A stretch of DNA of 64,000 nucleotides, taken from the sequence record KM092515, one strand, 5' to 3'. Positions 14,055 to 28,858 of this stretch are shown here, one piece after another. The notes beneath the pieces were generated by a model. It ran no database searches. It worked only from the letters and a program-made list of their open reading frames with translations, and was not told where the DNA came from. The position numbers were made by a program, and so were the translations under genes. Each line of letters starts with the position of its first letter. Position 1 is the first letter of the stretch. The stretch is from Escherichia phage HY02.

Positions 14055-15161
14055 ATGTTGACTAATTCTGAAAAAAGCAGATTTTTCCTTGCTGACCTGA
14101 CTGGTGAAGTCCAGTCTATCCCAAATACTTATGGGTATATTTCCAACTTAGGTCTGTTCCGTTCAGCACCAATCACCCAAACTACTTTCCTGATGGACTT
14201 AACTGATTGGGATGTTAGCTTGCTTGATGCGGTAGACCGTGATAGCCGTAAAGCAGAGACTAGCGCACCTGAACGTGTTCGTCAAATCAGCTTCCCAATG
14301 ATGTACTTCAAAGAAGTTGAAAGCATTACTCCTGATGAGATTCAGGGTGTACGTCAGCCAGGCACTGCAAATGAACTGACTACTGAAGCTGTAGTACGTG
14401 CTAAGAAGCTGATGAAGATTCGTACCAAGTTCGATATTACTCGTGAGTTCCTGTTTATGCAAGCTCTGAAGGGTAAAGTTGTTGATGCTCGTGGTACTCT
14501 GTATGCTGACCTGTACAAGCAGTTCGACGTTGAGAAGAAGACTATTTACTTCGACCTTGACAATCCTAATGCTGACATTGACGCTGCTATTGAAGAACTG
14601 CGTATGCACATGGAAGACGAAGCTAAGACTGGCACTGTAATCAACGGTGAAGAAATTCACGTAGTTGTTGACCGCTTATTCTTCAGCAAACTGGTTAAAC
14701 ATCCTAAGATTCGTGATGCTTATCTTGCACAGCAGACTCCGCTGGCTTGGCAACAGATTACTGGTTCTCTGAGAACTGGTGGCACTGACGGCGTTCAGGC
14801 TCATATGAACACCTTCTACTACGGTGGTGTTAAGTTTGTCCAGTACAACGGTAAGTTCAAAGACAAGCGTGGTAAGGTTCACACTCTGGTGAGCATTGAT
14901 AATGTAGCAGCAACTGTTGGTGTTGGTCATGCCTTCCCTAACGTATCTATGCTGGGTGAAGCTAACAACATCTTCGAAGTGGCATATGGTCCATGTCCTA
15001 AGATGGGTTATGCAAATACACTTGGTCAGGAACTGTACGTATTCGAATACGAAAAAGACCGTGACGAAGGTATTGACTTCGAAGCTCACTCTTACATGCT
15101 GCCATACTGCACACGTCCTCAGTTGCTGGTAGACGTTCGTTCTGACGCTAAATCAAACTAA
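14055..15161 (+). CDS. major capsid protein, lambda gpE-like
   Basis: 368 aa, highly expressed-looking codon usage; position after protease and decoration gene; family recalled from memory. Confidence 0.75.
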   Translation: MLTNSEKSRFFLADLTGEVQSIPNTYGYISNLGLFRSAPITQTTFLMDLTDWDVSLLDAVDRDSRKAETSAPERVRQISFPMMYFKEVESITPDEIQGVRQPGTANELTTEAVVRAKKLMKIRTKFDITREFLFMQALKGKVVDARGTLYADLYKQFDVEKKTIYFDLDNPNADIDAAIEELRMHMEDEAKTGTVINGEEIHVVVDRLFFSKLVKHPKIRDAYLAQQTPLAWQQITGSLRTGGTDGVQAHMNTFYYGGVKFVQYNGKFKDKRGKVHTLVSIDNVAATVGVGHAFPNVSMLGEANNIFEVAYGPCPKMGYANTLGQELYVFEYEKDRDEGIDFEAHSYMLPYCTRPQLLVDVRSDAKSN

Positions 15162-15182
15162 TATTCTTAAGGAGGGTTATGA

Positions 15183-15632
15183 ATGTGCTATACAGGCGAC
15201 CCAGCCAATAACCCTCTTGATAGAGTAAGAATCCTCTGCACAGACACTAATAATGATGAAATTCTTATTGAGCAGTCTGTGCTAGAGTGGTTCTATCTAG
15301 AATCTGGAAAGGATGAAAAGAAAGCAGCCATCAAAGCTCTTAAATATTTACTCTTTCAAGTAGCCAAGATGGGAGATGAGAAGGTTGGTGGTGTTTATTT
15401 ACGTAACTCTTCCAGATTCAAATCTCTGAAAGCTGTTTATGACGACCTTGTTAAAAGCTCTGTTTCAGGACTACCCTATGCAGGTGGTATTAATCAGTGC
15501 GACATTGATATGCGTCGTCAGAATCCTTGCTCTGTCAAGAAATACACAGAATATGGTGATGCTGCCAGATACGAAGGCAGAGATTACTGCAACCGTGTTA
15601 ATGGCGTATTTATTATCGAGCGAGATGAATAA
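15183..15632 (+). CDS. hypothetical protein (possible head completion/connector)
   Basis: ORF track; AAGGAGGG RBS; head-tail joining region by position. Confidence 0.5.
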   Translation: MCYTGDPANNPLDRVRILCTDTNNDEILIEQSVLEWFYLESGKDEKKAAIKALKYLLFQVAKMGDEKVGGVYLRNSSRFKSLKAVYDDLVKSSVSGLPYAGGINQCDIDMRRQNPCSVKKYTEYGDAARYEGRDYCNRVNGVFIIERDE

Positions 15633-16114
15633 TGGTTAAAAGGGTTATTCACCCCGCTAGAGCAAAATTAGTCGGGGCTATGAAGAACTTGCAAACGGCT
15701 AATGCTCAAGTTGGGTATTTTCAAGAACAAGGTCAACATAGCTCTGGTTTTTCTTATCCTGCTTTAATGTATTTACAAGAAGTTATTGGGGTTCCTTCAG
15801 CTTCTGGTAAAGTATATCGTAGGTTGTTTGAAATCACTATGATGCTAAACAAACAGACCTTGTTAGAGCAGACTAAGAAGAATCTATATAAGCAACTTAG
15901 CAGTCTCGACGTAGACCCTTCAAATACCTTAGAAGCATTTGCAAAGAATGCTCAAAAGGCAATTAAAAGAGGTTTTGGTAATTCTGCTATCCTCCCTCCT
16001 AACGCACCTTCCACAGTCAAGAAAAAAGGCTTTAACGCACCTCTTGTTGAGACAGGTGACTTAAGGGATAACCTTGCTTATAAAATTTCTACTAAGAAGG
16101 GTATTAAAAAATGA
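15632..16114 (+). CDS. hypothetical protein (possible head-tail adaptor)
   Basis: ORF track; start overlaps the upstream stop. Confidence 0.45.
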   Translation: MVKRVIHPARAKLVGAMKNLQTANAQVGYFQEQGQHSSGFSYPALMYLQEVIGVPSASGKVYRRLFEITMMLNKQTLLEQTKKNLYKQLSSLDVDPSNTLEAFAKNAQKAIKRGFGNSAILPPNAPSTVKKKGFNAPLVETGDLRDNLAYKISTKKGIKK

Positions 16115-16512
16115 GGCTCTTAAACAGACACAGCTTTGTAGTAAAGCGTAAAGTCTCTGAAGACGGTTATTATAATGATGATGGTGATTGGGTAGCTTCA
16201 CAAGATATTGTTGAGGTTAACTGTAAAGGCAATATCCAACCATATATCAAAGGTTCTGTAAAGAACGGTACGCAGATTGCTTTACCGGAAGGTATTAGGC
16301 TGACCGATACAAGAATCCTGTATACTACATATAAACTTAGAACTTCAGATGATGTAGAGTGGAATGAGTCTGATATTGTTATGATTGATGGTCATGAGTA
16401 TGAAGTATTTATGACTATGGATTGGTCACAGCAATTAGCTCATACATCCCATTATGAATATATCATTATTAGAAGGGATAAAATGAATGCAGTTAGAAAC
16501 AGCAGAACTTGA
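16111..16512 (+). CDS. hypothetical protein (possible neck/head-closure protein)
   Basis: ORF track; overlapping start/stop. Confidence 0.45.
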   Translation: MRLLNRHSFVVKRKVSEDGYYNDDGDWVASQDIVEVNCKGNIQPYIKGSVKNGTQIALPEGIRLTDTRILYTTYKLRTSDDVEWNESDIVMIDGHEYEVFMTMDWSQQLAHTSHYEYIIIRRDKMNAVRNSRT

Positions 16513-17086
16513 AAAAGGTCTAGTTAGAACCTTAGTGGATGTTATTGGTCACAGATTAGCTCGTGATAAAAATAATAGACCAAACGTAATTAGAGCTTAC
16601 CCTTCTGATAACTCAAATGACAAAGGTTTAAAACCTGACCAGCCATTTATTACCGTATATTGTCAAGACGCTGCAACACCTTATGGTTGGGTTCTTGATA
16701 AATTTGTTGAGGACGATGTAGTTTGCTACAGAATTGCTTTTCAGATTCCAGTGTTAATTACGGTGAATGGTAAAGGTGCTCACAGTATTATGCTTGAGCT
16801 TAAACAACGATTAGAGATGAGTTCAGTCAGAGATTTAATCCTTGAAGAAACAGGGGCTACAGTACTAGACACTGGAGCAATCCCGAATGACTACACTTAT
16901 CTCAATACAGATTTCGAAAATTCTGCACCTCTTGTTGTAACTCTTGTAAAAAACTCAGTCCTGAAAGATGAACGTGGAAGTATTATTGAGCGTGTCATTG
17001 TTGATGGTGAGTTAGTTTATGAAGAAGGACAAGAGCCACCAGAATATATTATCCATCTAGATGTAGACTCCAAAGGGGTAAAATAA
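16487..17086 (+). CDS. hypothetical protein (possible tail terminator/completion protein)
   Basis: ORF track; directly precedes the putative sheath gene. Confidence 0.45.
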   Translation: MQLETAELEKGLVRTLVDVIGHRLARDKNNRPNVIRAYPSDNSNDKGLKPDQPFITVYCQDAATPYGWVLDKFVEDDVVCYRIAFQIPVLITVNGKGAHSIMLELKQRLEMSSVRDLILEETGATVLDTGAIPNDYTYLNTDFENSAPLVVTLVKNSVLKDERGSIIERVIVDGELVYEEGQEPPEYIIHLDVDSKGVK

Positions 17087-18439
17087 ATGTGGAATCCAAT
17101 TGTTAATGTAGATATTACATTGAACACCGCAGGAACTACAAGAGAAGGTTTTGGTTTGCCACTATTCTTAGCTTCAACAGATAACTTTGAAGAAAGAGTA
17201 CGTGGTTACACTTCCTTAACTGAAGTTGCTGAAGATTTCGATGAAAACTCTGCTGCATATAAGGCTGCTAAACAACTTTGGAGTCAGACTCCTAAAGTAA
17301 CTCAGCTTTATATTGGTAGACGTGCTATGCAGTACACTGTATCAATTCCTGATGCCGTCACCGAAAGTACAGACTACTCAATTACTGTAGCTGCTGGCGG
17401 TGGAATCTCTCAACCATACCAGTACACAGCACAAGGTTCAGACACTGCTCAGACAGTGTTGCAACAGTTTAAAACACAGATTGAAGCTGACCCAACAATC
17501 AAAGATAAGGTTTCTGTGAACGTAACTGGTAGCAATGGTTCTGCCACAATGATTATTACCAAAGCTGGTGATAATGACTTTGTGAAAGTAACAACTACAG
17601 CACAGACTGTGTATATTGCAAGTACAACTGCCGATACAGCATCAACTGCTCTGGCAGCCATTGAAGCTTATTCTACTGACTGGTATTTCATTGCAGTAGA
17701 AGACAGAACTCAACAGTTTGTCTTAGCAATGGCTTCTGAGATTCAGGCTCGTAAGAAAATCTTCTTTACAGCCAACTCCGATGTAACAGCACTACAAGGT
17801 ACAGAGTTAGCCAGTGCAAATGATGTTCCAGCACAGCTTGCTAAGAGTATGTATACTCGCACAGTTTGCTTGTGGCATCACACAGCGGCAGAAGATTATC
17901 CAGAGATGGCATATATTGCTTATGGTGCTCCATACGATGCAGGGTCAATTGCTTGGGGTAATGCTCAGTTGACTGGTGTAGCTGCTTCTTTACAGCCAGC
18001 TAATAAGAGACCTCTGACAAGTATTCAGAAGTCAGCTTTAGATGTACGTCACTGTAACTTTATCGACCTTGATGGTGGTGTTCCAGTGGTTCGTCGAGGG
18101 ATTACTTCTGGTGGGGAATGGATTGATATCGTCCGTGGTGTTGACTGGTTAGAATCAGACCTGAAAACTTCTCTGAGAGACTTGCTAATTAACCAGAAGG
18201 GTGGTAAGATTACTTATGATGATACTGGTATTACCCGTATTCGTCAAGTCATTGAAACCTCTCTGCAAAGAGCAGTCAACAGAAACTTCCTGTCATCTTA
18301 CACAGTTAATGTTCCTAAAGCCTCTCAAGTTGCTTTGGCAGACAAGAAAGCTCGTATCCTGAAAGATGTTACCTTCGCAGGTATCTTAGCAGGGGCTATC
18401 TTGGATGTTGACTTGAAAGGTACAGTGGCTTACGAATAA
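17087..18439 (+). CDS. putative tail sheath protein
   Basis: 450-aa structural protein followed by a tube-sized ORF, a chaperone pair and the tape measure gene; downstream baseplate V/W/J-like genes imply a contractile tail. Confidence 0.5.
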   Translation: MWNPIVNVDITLNTAGTTREGFGLPLFLASTDNFEERVRGYTSLTEVAEDFDENSAAYKAAKQLWSQTPKVTQLYIGRRAMQYTVSIPDAVTESTDYSITVAAGGGISQPYQYTAQGSDTAQTVLQQFKTQIEADPTIKDKVSVNVTGSNGSATMIITKAGDNDFVKVTTTAQTVYIASTTADTASTALAAIEAYSTDWYFIAVEDRTQQFVLAMASEIQARKKIFFTANSDVTALQGTELASANDVPAQLAKSMYTRTVCLWHHTAAEDYPEMAYIAYGAPYDAGSIAWGNAQLTGVAASLQPANKRPLTSIQKSALDVRHCNFIDLDGGVPVVRRGITSGGEWIDIVRGVDWLESDLKTSLRDLLINQKGGKITYDDTGITRIRQVIETSLQRAVNRNFLSSYTVNVPKASQVALADKKARILKDVTFAGILAGAILDVDLKGTVAYE

Positions 18440-18454
18440 TAGAGGTAAATTGGA

Positions 18455-18901
18455 ATGGCTATGTATCAGCAATATTCCCCTAAAGACGTTGTATGTAGCT
18501 GGAATGGTATTGCCATTGAAGGCTTTGCCCCAGACTCATTTTTACGTCTACAGAGAACATCACCACTTGTGACACCAGTTGTTGGGGCAGGTGGTCAAGT
18601 TGCTCTGACAAGAAATGCAGATAAGACAGGTACTATTGAGATTGAGCTTATGCAGACTTCTCTCTCTAACCAGATGCTTTCTGCAATTCAAGCTAAACAA
18701 GACAATATGGAACTTGAAGAAGATATCTCTTCTAACTTCGTAATCTACGACCCATCAGGCTCTGTTCTGGCAACTGGTATTAATGCTTGGTTGCAGGAAT
18801 TACCACAGATTGAACTTGGTCGTGACCAGAACTCTAAAACTTGGATTTTTGGTTGTGAGAAGCTAGACTACACTTCAACAATTCCAGCGTCAAGTGTTTA
18901 A
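18455..18901 (+). CDS. putative tail tube protein
   Basis: 148 aa, directly after the sheath candidate, followed by a strong terminator. Confidence 0.5.
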   Translation: MAMYQQYSPKDVVCSWNGIAIEGFAPDSFLRLQRTSPLVTPVVGAGGQVALTRNADKTGTIEIELMQTSLSNQMLSAIQAKQDNMELEEDISSNFVIYDPSGSVLATGINAWLQELPQIELGRDQNSKTWIFGCEKLDYTSTIPASSV

Positions 18902-18913
18902 TAAATCCTATAA

Positions 18914-18945
18914 GGGGGAGACTTTAAAAGGTCTTCCCCTTTTTT
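18914..18945 (+). terminator. rho-independent terminator
   Basis: GGGGGAGAC...GTCTTCCCC hairpin followed by TTTTTT. Confidence 0.7.
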
Positions 18946-18974
18946 GTTTCTTTTAAAAGTATTAAGGAATCACA

Positions 18975-19373
18975 ATGAAAACAGAATCTAGAGTAATTAA
19001 TGGTAAGAAAGTAAATATCGTTCTGCTTGGGGCAAGAGATGGTATTAAGATGTCTATGAAGTTGGGTAAAATTGTTGTTCCAACCTTTGCGCAGATGCTA
19101 TCAAGTTTGACTGATAAAGATAAGAAAGAAGCTCCAATGGTCCCATTTAAAGAACTTGTTGAAGCTTGTTTTGACAGAATTGAAGAAATTAACCTTGAAG
19201 AAATGGCTACCCTGTTATTTCAAGGGGCAACTGTTGATGACTTCCCACTTAATATTGACACACACTTCCAAGCAAACTACGGTGAGTTTATTGATTACTT
19301 AGCATTTGCGCTGGAGGCAAACTTCGGAAGTTTTTTCGAAGCAAGCATTTTCAAAAGCCTAACTTCTCAGTAA
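18975..19373 (+). CDS. tail assembly chaperone (gpG-like upstream frame)
   Basis: 132 aa directly upstream of the tape measure gene; slippery TTTTTTC heptamer at 19331-19337 near the 3' end. Confidence 0.6.
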   Translation: MKTESRVINGKKVNIVLLGARDGIKMSMKLGKIVVPTFAQMLSSLTDKDKKEAPMVPFKELVEACFDRIEEINLEEMATLLFQGATVDDFPLNIDTHFQANYGEFIDYLAFALEANFGSFFEASIFKSLTSQ

Positions 19374-19375
19374 AC

Positions 19376-19614
19376 ATGGGTAACACTCTACAGACACCAC
19401 TAACTGATGCTGCTGTAGAGGCAACCTATGAAGAAGCAGACGAGATGAAATTTGTGCTTGCTATTTATGGTATGGAAGGGTGTAAAGAAACACTTGACCA
19501 ACTCTTTGCTATGACATTCTCTGATTTATTATCATTGAGACAATTTCTTGAAATTCAGAGGTCGTATAAAGAGGAAATTGCTTACAACGAACTTAGAAGA
19601 GCAGGAAAAATGTA

Positions 19615-19615
<1 letters not shown>
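19376..19615 (+). CDS. tail assembly chaperone extension (gpGT-like -1 frame; probably made mainly as a frameshift fusion)
   Basis: In the -1 frame relative to 18975..19373; no RBS before its ATG; the frame stays open from the slippery site into this ORF. Confidence 0.5.
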
Positions 19616-25005
<5,390 letters not shown>

Positions 25006-25006
<1 letters not shown>

Positions 25007-26475
25007 TGGCAGGATTAACTACAACAGGATTACAAACTCTAAGATATCAGGAAATTTTTGATAATATTAAGTCACGACTTCTTAGAGATATTTCACCCAA
25101 CCTTGACGCTTCTGAAGATAGCCAATTAGGACTCTTCCTAGCTTCAATTGCAAGGTCTTTAGCAGATACTCATGAGATTCTATCAGAAATCTACGATGGG
25201 GGTACGATTGATAAGGCTGAAGGCTTTAACCTTGATGATATTACAGCTTTAAATGCGGTATACAGATATGTTGCTCAGGCAACAAGAGGTCAAGTTGAGT
25301 TTACTGGAATGACTGGTGCTACCATTCCTTCAACAACAAGATTAAGAAGTACTGCCGGAAACATCTTTTATCCAGTTAATAACATTACCCTTACTCCATC
25401 ATATTGTGTTGAAGCTATCCTTGAAGTTAACTCTTTACGAACTGATGCAGATTATGTTATTATTATTGATAACGTCATTTTCTCATATAAACCAACCTCA
25501 TTAGACACAATCACCACGCTGCTAACAAAATTAGCAGAAGCTATTAATGGTGGTATTGTAGCAAAAGCAGAAGTCATTAATGATGGAGCCGCACTAAGAG
25601 TCTATAAAGACGAGGGTGATATCATTGCAAGAACAAACCCTATGGTTGTCACTGCAACAACGTTTCTAACCTTTACAAAAATTACAACTATTTCAGATGT
25701 AGTAGCTGAAGAGGTTGGTGCTACACCTGCTTTGGCTGGTACGCTTATTGAGATTGAGACAACTGTTGATGGTCTTGACAGTATTTATAACAGGTATGAC
25801 TTAACAACTGGTAGAAACGAAGAAACTGACACAGAACTTAGACAGAGATATTTAGAATCTTTAGCAGTTACTGGTGTAGGGACTTTGGATGCAATTGTAG
25901 CTGCTGTTAAAAGAGTTCAAGGTGTCTCAGATGCTTCAGGTGTTGAAAATGATACTGAAGAGACAAACTCAGAAGGTCTTCCACCAAAATCTTTTAAGAT
26001 TGTTGTAGTTGGTGGTCAAAATGATAATGTTGCTCAAGCAATCTGGGATACAAAACCTGCTGGTATTAGGGCTTATGGCTCAATTTTTGGTACAGCCCAT
26101 GATTTAGGTGGTTTGGCACATAATATTTATTTTAGCAGACCAACACCAAAATACGCATTTGTTAAAGTCTCTTACTCTTTATATGATGAAGAAAGCTTGA
26201 CAATCCCTGAAGAGGATATCAGAGACAGCATTGTACAAGGTATTAATGCTTATGGAAGAACTCTTAAGGTTGGTAATGATGTTATCCCTAACAGAATCTA
26301 TGGATATATCTATGACGTGATTAAAGGTATTGAGATTAATGAGGTTAAAGTAGCCTTATCAAACAACCAATCAGTCCCACCTAGTGACGGGCAGTATACT
26401 ACAGCAAGAATTACTGTTGACGGTGACCAATATACTGTTTGGGAAAGCAGCCAGTATACCATCACTAAGGAGTAA
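25006..26475 (+). CDS. baseplate J-like protein
   Basis: 489 aa; N-terminal region and position typical of Baseplate_J proteins; family recalled, not searched. Confidence 0.55.
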
Positions 26476-26477
26476 TA

Positions 26478-27332
26478 ATGTTTGAAAAGATTGATAGTGT
26501 TTATTACAAAACACTTGATGAAAGGACTGTAACACAGTTTAAAGATAAATTTATCTATACAAGTATCTTGAAAGCAATCACTGATGAATTACAAACTCTA
26601 GAGGATGTTTGCTGGCAGATGCACACAGAGAGAAATATCAGGACGTCAGTAGGCCAACAACTTGATAACATTGGCTCACTGATTAAAGTTCCTAGACCTT
26701 TAGGTGCAGATGATGAAACATATAGGGCTATGCTTTATATTCAAATCTTCCTAAGACGCTCTGACACCACCCCAACATTCTTGCAAAAAGCAATTATGAC
26801 GCTATACGGTGCAACTTTCTCTCAGATTTTTGAGCATATTACTCCTAAGACTGGTGGTATCGTTATCCGTATCAACACTAGAAAAAGCGTTCTAGATGCT
26901 GCATATACACTATCAAAGATTTCTGCAACAACTACTGGCTCCGCTGTTATCTTAAGAGATGTTACTTTAAATGGGACTGCTTGGACACCTGTAGAGGTTG
27001 CTGATTCATCACTTGCTATTGTTGATGATAAAGAGAACTGGTTTGTAACTGATGCTAACAGGGGTCTTGTCACAAATAACACTGGTGGCTCTCTGGAGTC
27101 CAACTTAGTAGGTAGTCTTGCAGATGCTGGTGTTATTGATGGTTACTTTAGGGTTGACAGAACAGCAAACTCACAGAGTGATGATTATATGACTGTAGAT
27201 AGGTCCAATAATAGTGGCTATTTCATCGTTGGTAAAGAAGCTATTGCAGGTGGTGCATATGGAATCATGGCTGAGGTTGCACAAATTGTCAAAGGCAGAA
27301 AAGATAAATCACAACAAGAAGGAAATTCTTAA
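26478..27332 (+). CDS. putative baseplate/tail-fibre attachment protein (gpI-like)
   Basis: 284 aa following the J-like gene. Confidence 0.4.
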   Translation: MFEKIDSVYYKTLDERTVTQFKDKFIYTSILKAITDELQTLEDVCWQMHTERNIRTSVGQQLDNIGSLIKVPRPLGADDETYRAMLYIQIFLRRSDTTPTFLQKAIMTLYGATFSQIFEHITPKTGGIVIRINTRKSVLDAAYTLSKISATTTGSAVILRDVTLNGTAWTPVEVADSSLAIVDDKENWFVTDANRGLVTNNTGGSLESNLVGSLADAGVIDGYFRVDRTANSQSDDYMTVDRSNNSGYFIVGKEAIAGGAYGIMAEVAQIVKGRKDKSQQEGNS

Positions 27333-27634
27333 TGGCAGTTTTAAATTGGTCTACAAATGAAGTAGATACTGATGGTAACCAGTTAAAAGTTTTACCACCA
27401 CCGGAAGTTCAAGAGACAGGTCTTTTAAAGGGTGAACCTATGGGTAGACAGTGGTTCAACTATATTATCAACTACCTGCTTAATAAAGTAAACGGCACTG
27501 TTGGTGAAGTTCGCTCATATGCAACTCAGCAACCAGATTTAGTAGCCAATGGCTGGAAACTAATTAAGTCTGAGACAGGGACTGCAACAACAAGTACAAA
27601 GAACCTTTACACATATGAATATGTAGGAGCTTAA
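27332..27634 (+). CDS. hypothetical tail protein
   Basis: ORF track; coupled to neighbouring tail genes. Confidence 0.45.
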   Translation: MAVLNWSTNEVDTDGNQLKVLPPPEVQETGLLKGEPMGRQWFNYIINYLLNKVNGTVGEVRSYATQQPDLVANGWKLIKSETGTATTSTKNLYTYEYVGA

Positions 27635-27636
27635 TA

Positions 27637-28812
27637 ATGGCAGTCGGTGAAATTCAAATTAGTGCCTTGCCACAAGCGACATTACCTGTTGATTTAAGTG
27701 ATATCTTCCATCTTAAGCAAGGTGTTGAGGATAAAAGATGTACGCTTGAACAGTTGTTAGCACCTCACGCATCTTTGAGGAATAATCCTCATGGTGTAAC
27801 CAAATCACAAGTGGGTCTTGATAATGTTATTAACTCTCTTCAATTAGTTGCAGCTAATAACTTGTCAGACATTGTGAATGTTGCTGAGGCAAGAGCAAAT
27901 CTACAAATTATGTCGTCAGAGGAAGTGAATAACTTAATTCAGCAACATATTGACGACAAAAGTAACCCACACAATACAACGAAAGCACAGGTCGGTTTAA
28001 GTAATGTTCAGAACTGGACAACATCTAATCTGTACAATGAAGATGCTGATAAGTACGCCACCGCGAGAGCAGTGAATAATTTATACAAAGCTATTCAAGC
28101 ATCATATCCAGTAGGGACTATTCATCTATCTGTTAACTCTGCCAACCCATCCACTTACTTGCTTTGTGGAGGTACTTGGGAGTTAGTTTCTAAAGGTAGA
28201 GCACTAGTTGGTTACGATACAGATTCTAGACCTGTTGGTTCAATGTTTGGTTCTCAGACTGTAGCATTAACGAATAATAATTTACCAGCACACACACACT
28301 CTATCTATCTAACAGGTGGTGGTCATACACACTCTGCAAGTGTATCTATCTCTAGTTTTGATTATGGTTCAAAGAGTACATCAACTTTTGACTACGGTAC
28401 AAAAACGACTAATAGTGCTGGTGCTCATACTCACACGTTTAGTGGTACAACAAGTAATGCTGGTAACCACAACCACAGAGTACCTATGAGGGGTAATGAT
28501 AGGGGTGGTACAAATGCTATTACTGCATCTGCTGATGCTGGTGCTGGTAATGCTATGTATACTGATTTAGCTGGTGCTCACACCCATAGCTTCTCAGGCA
28601 CAACTGCATCATCTGGTGCTCATAGCCATACTCTTGCAATTGGTGCTCACAGCCACACTGTTAATATTGGTTCACACAGTCATACGGGCACTGTTACTGT
28701 TTCTAGCTCTGAGCATACACACTCAGGGACATCTGGTTCTGTTGGTGGTGGTCAAGCTTTCAGTGTTGAGCAGCCATCTTTTGTAGTATATGTGTGGCAG
28801 AGAACAGCTTAA
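27637..28812 (+). CDS. tail fibre protein with C-terminal His-X-His repeat region
   Basis: 391 aa; repeated AHTHSF / GAHSHT / GSHSHT motifs and a C-terminus (GGGQAFSVEQPSFVVYVWQRTA) shared with the next gene. Confidence 0.65.
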   Translation: MAVGEIQISALPQATLPVDLSDIFHLKQGVEDKRCTLEQLLAPHASLRNNPHGVTKSQVGLDNVINSLQLVAANNLSDIVNVAEARANLQIMSSEEVNNLIQQHIDDKSNPHNTTKAQVGLSNVQNWTTSNLYNEDADKYATARAVNNLYKAIQASYPVGTIHLSVNSANPSTYLLCGGTWELVSKGRALVGYDTDSRPVGSMFGSQTVALTNNNLPAHTHSIYLTGGGHTHSASVSISSFDYGSKSTSTFDYGTKTTNSAGAHTHTFSGTTSNAGNHNHRVPMRGNDRGGTNAITASADAGAGNAMYTDLAGAHTHSFSGTTASSGAHSHTLAIGAHSHTVNIGSHSHTGTVTVSSSEHTHSGTSGSVGGGQAFSVEQPSFVVYVWQRTA

Positions 28813-28822
28813 TTTCTTTACA

Positions 28823-28842
28823 GGGGCTTTGTAGCCCCTTTT
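28823..28842 (+). terminator. rho-independent terminator between the two tail-fibre genes
   Basis: GGGGCT-TTGT-AGCCCC hairpin followed by TTTT. Confidence 0.6.
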
Positions 28843-28858
28843 AAGAGGAAAATTTATA

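Noticed and set aside
14199-15089. Minus-strand ORFs 14199..14660 and 14676..15089 inside the major capsid gene
   Set aside because: Antisense shadow ORFs within the capsid gene; no RBS and implausible amino-acid composition.
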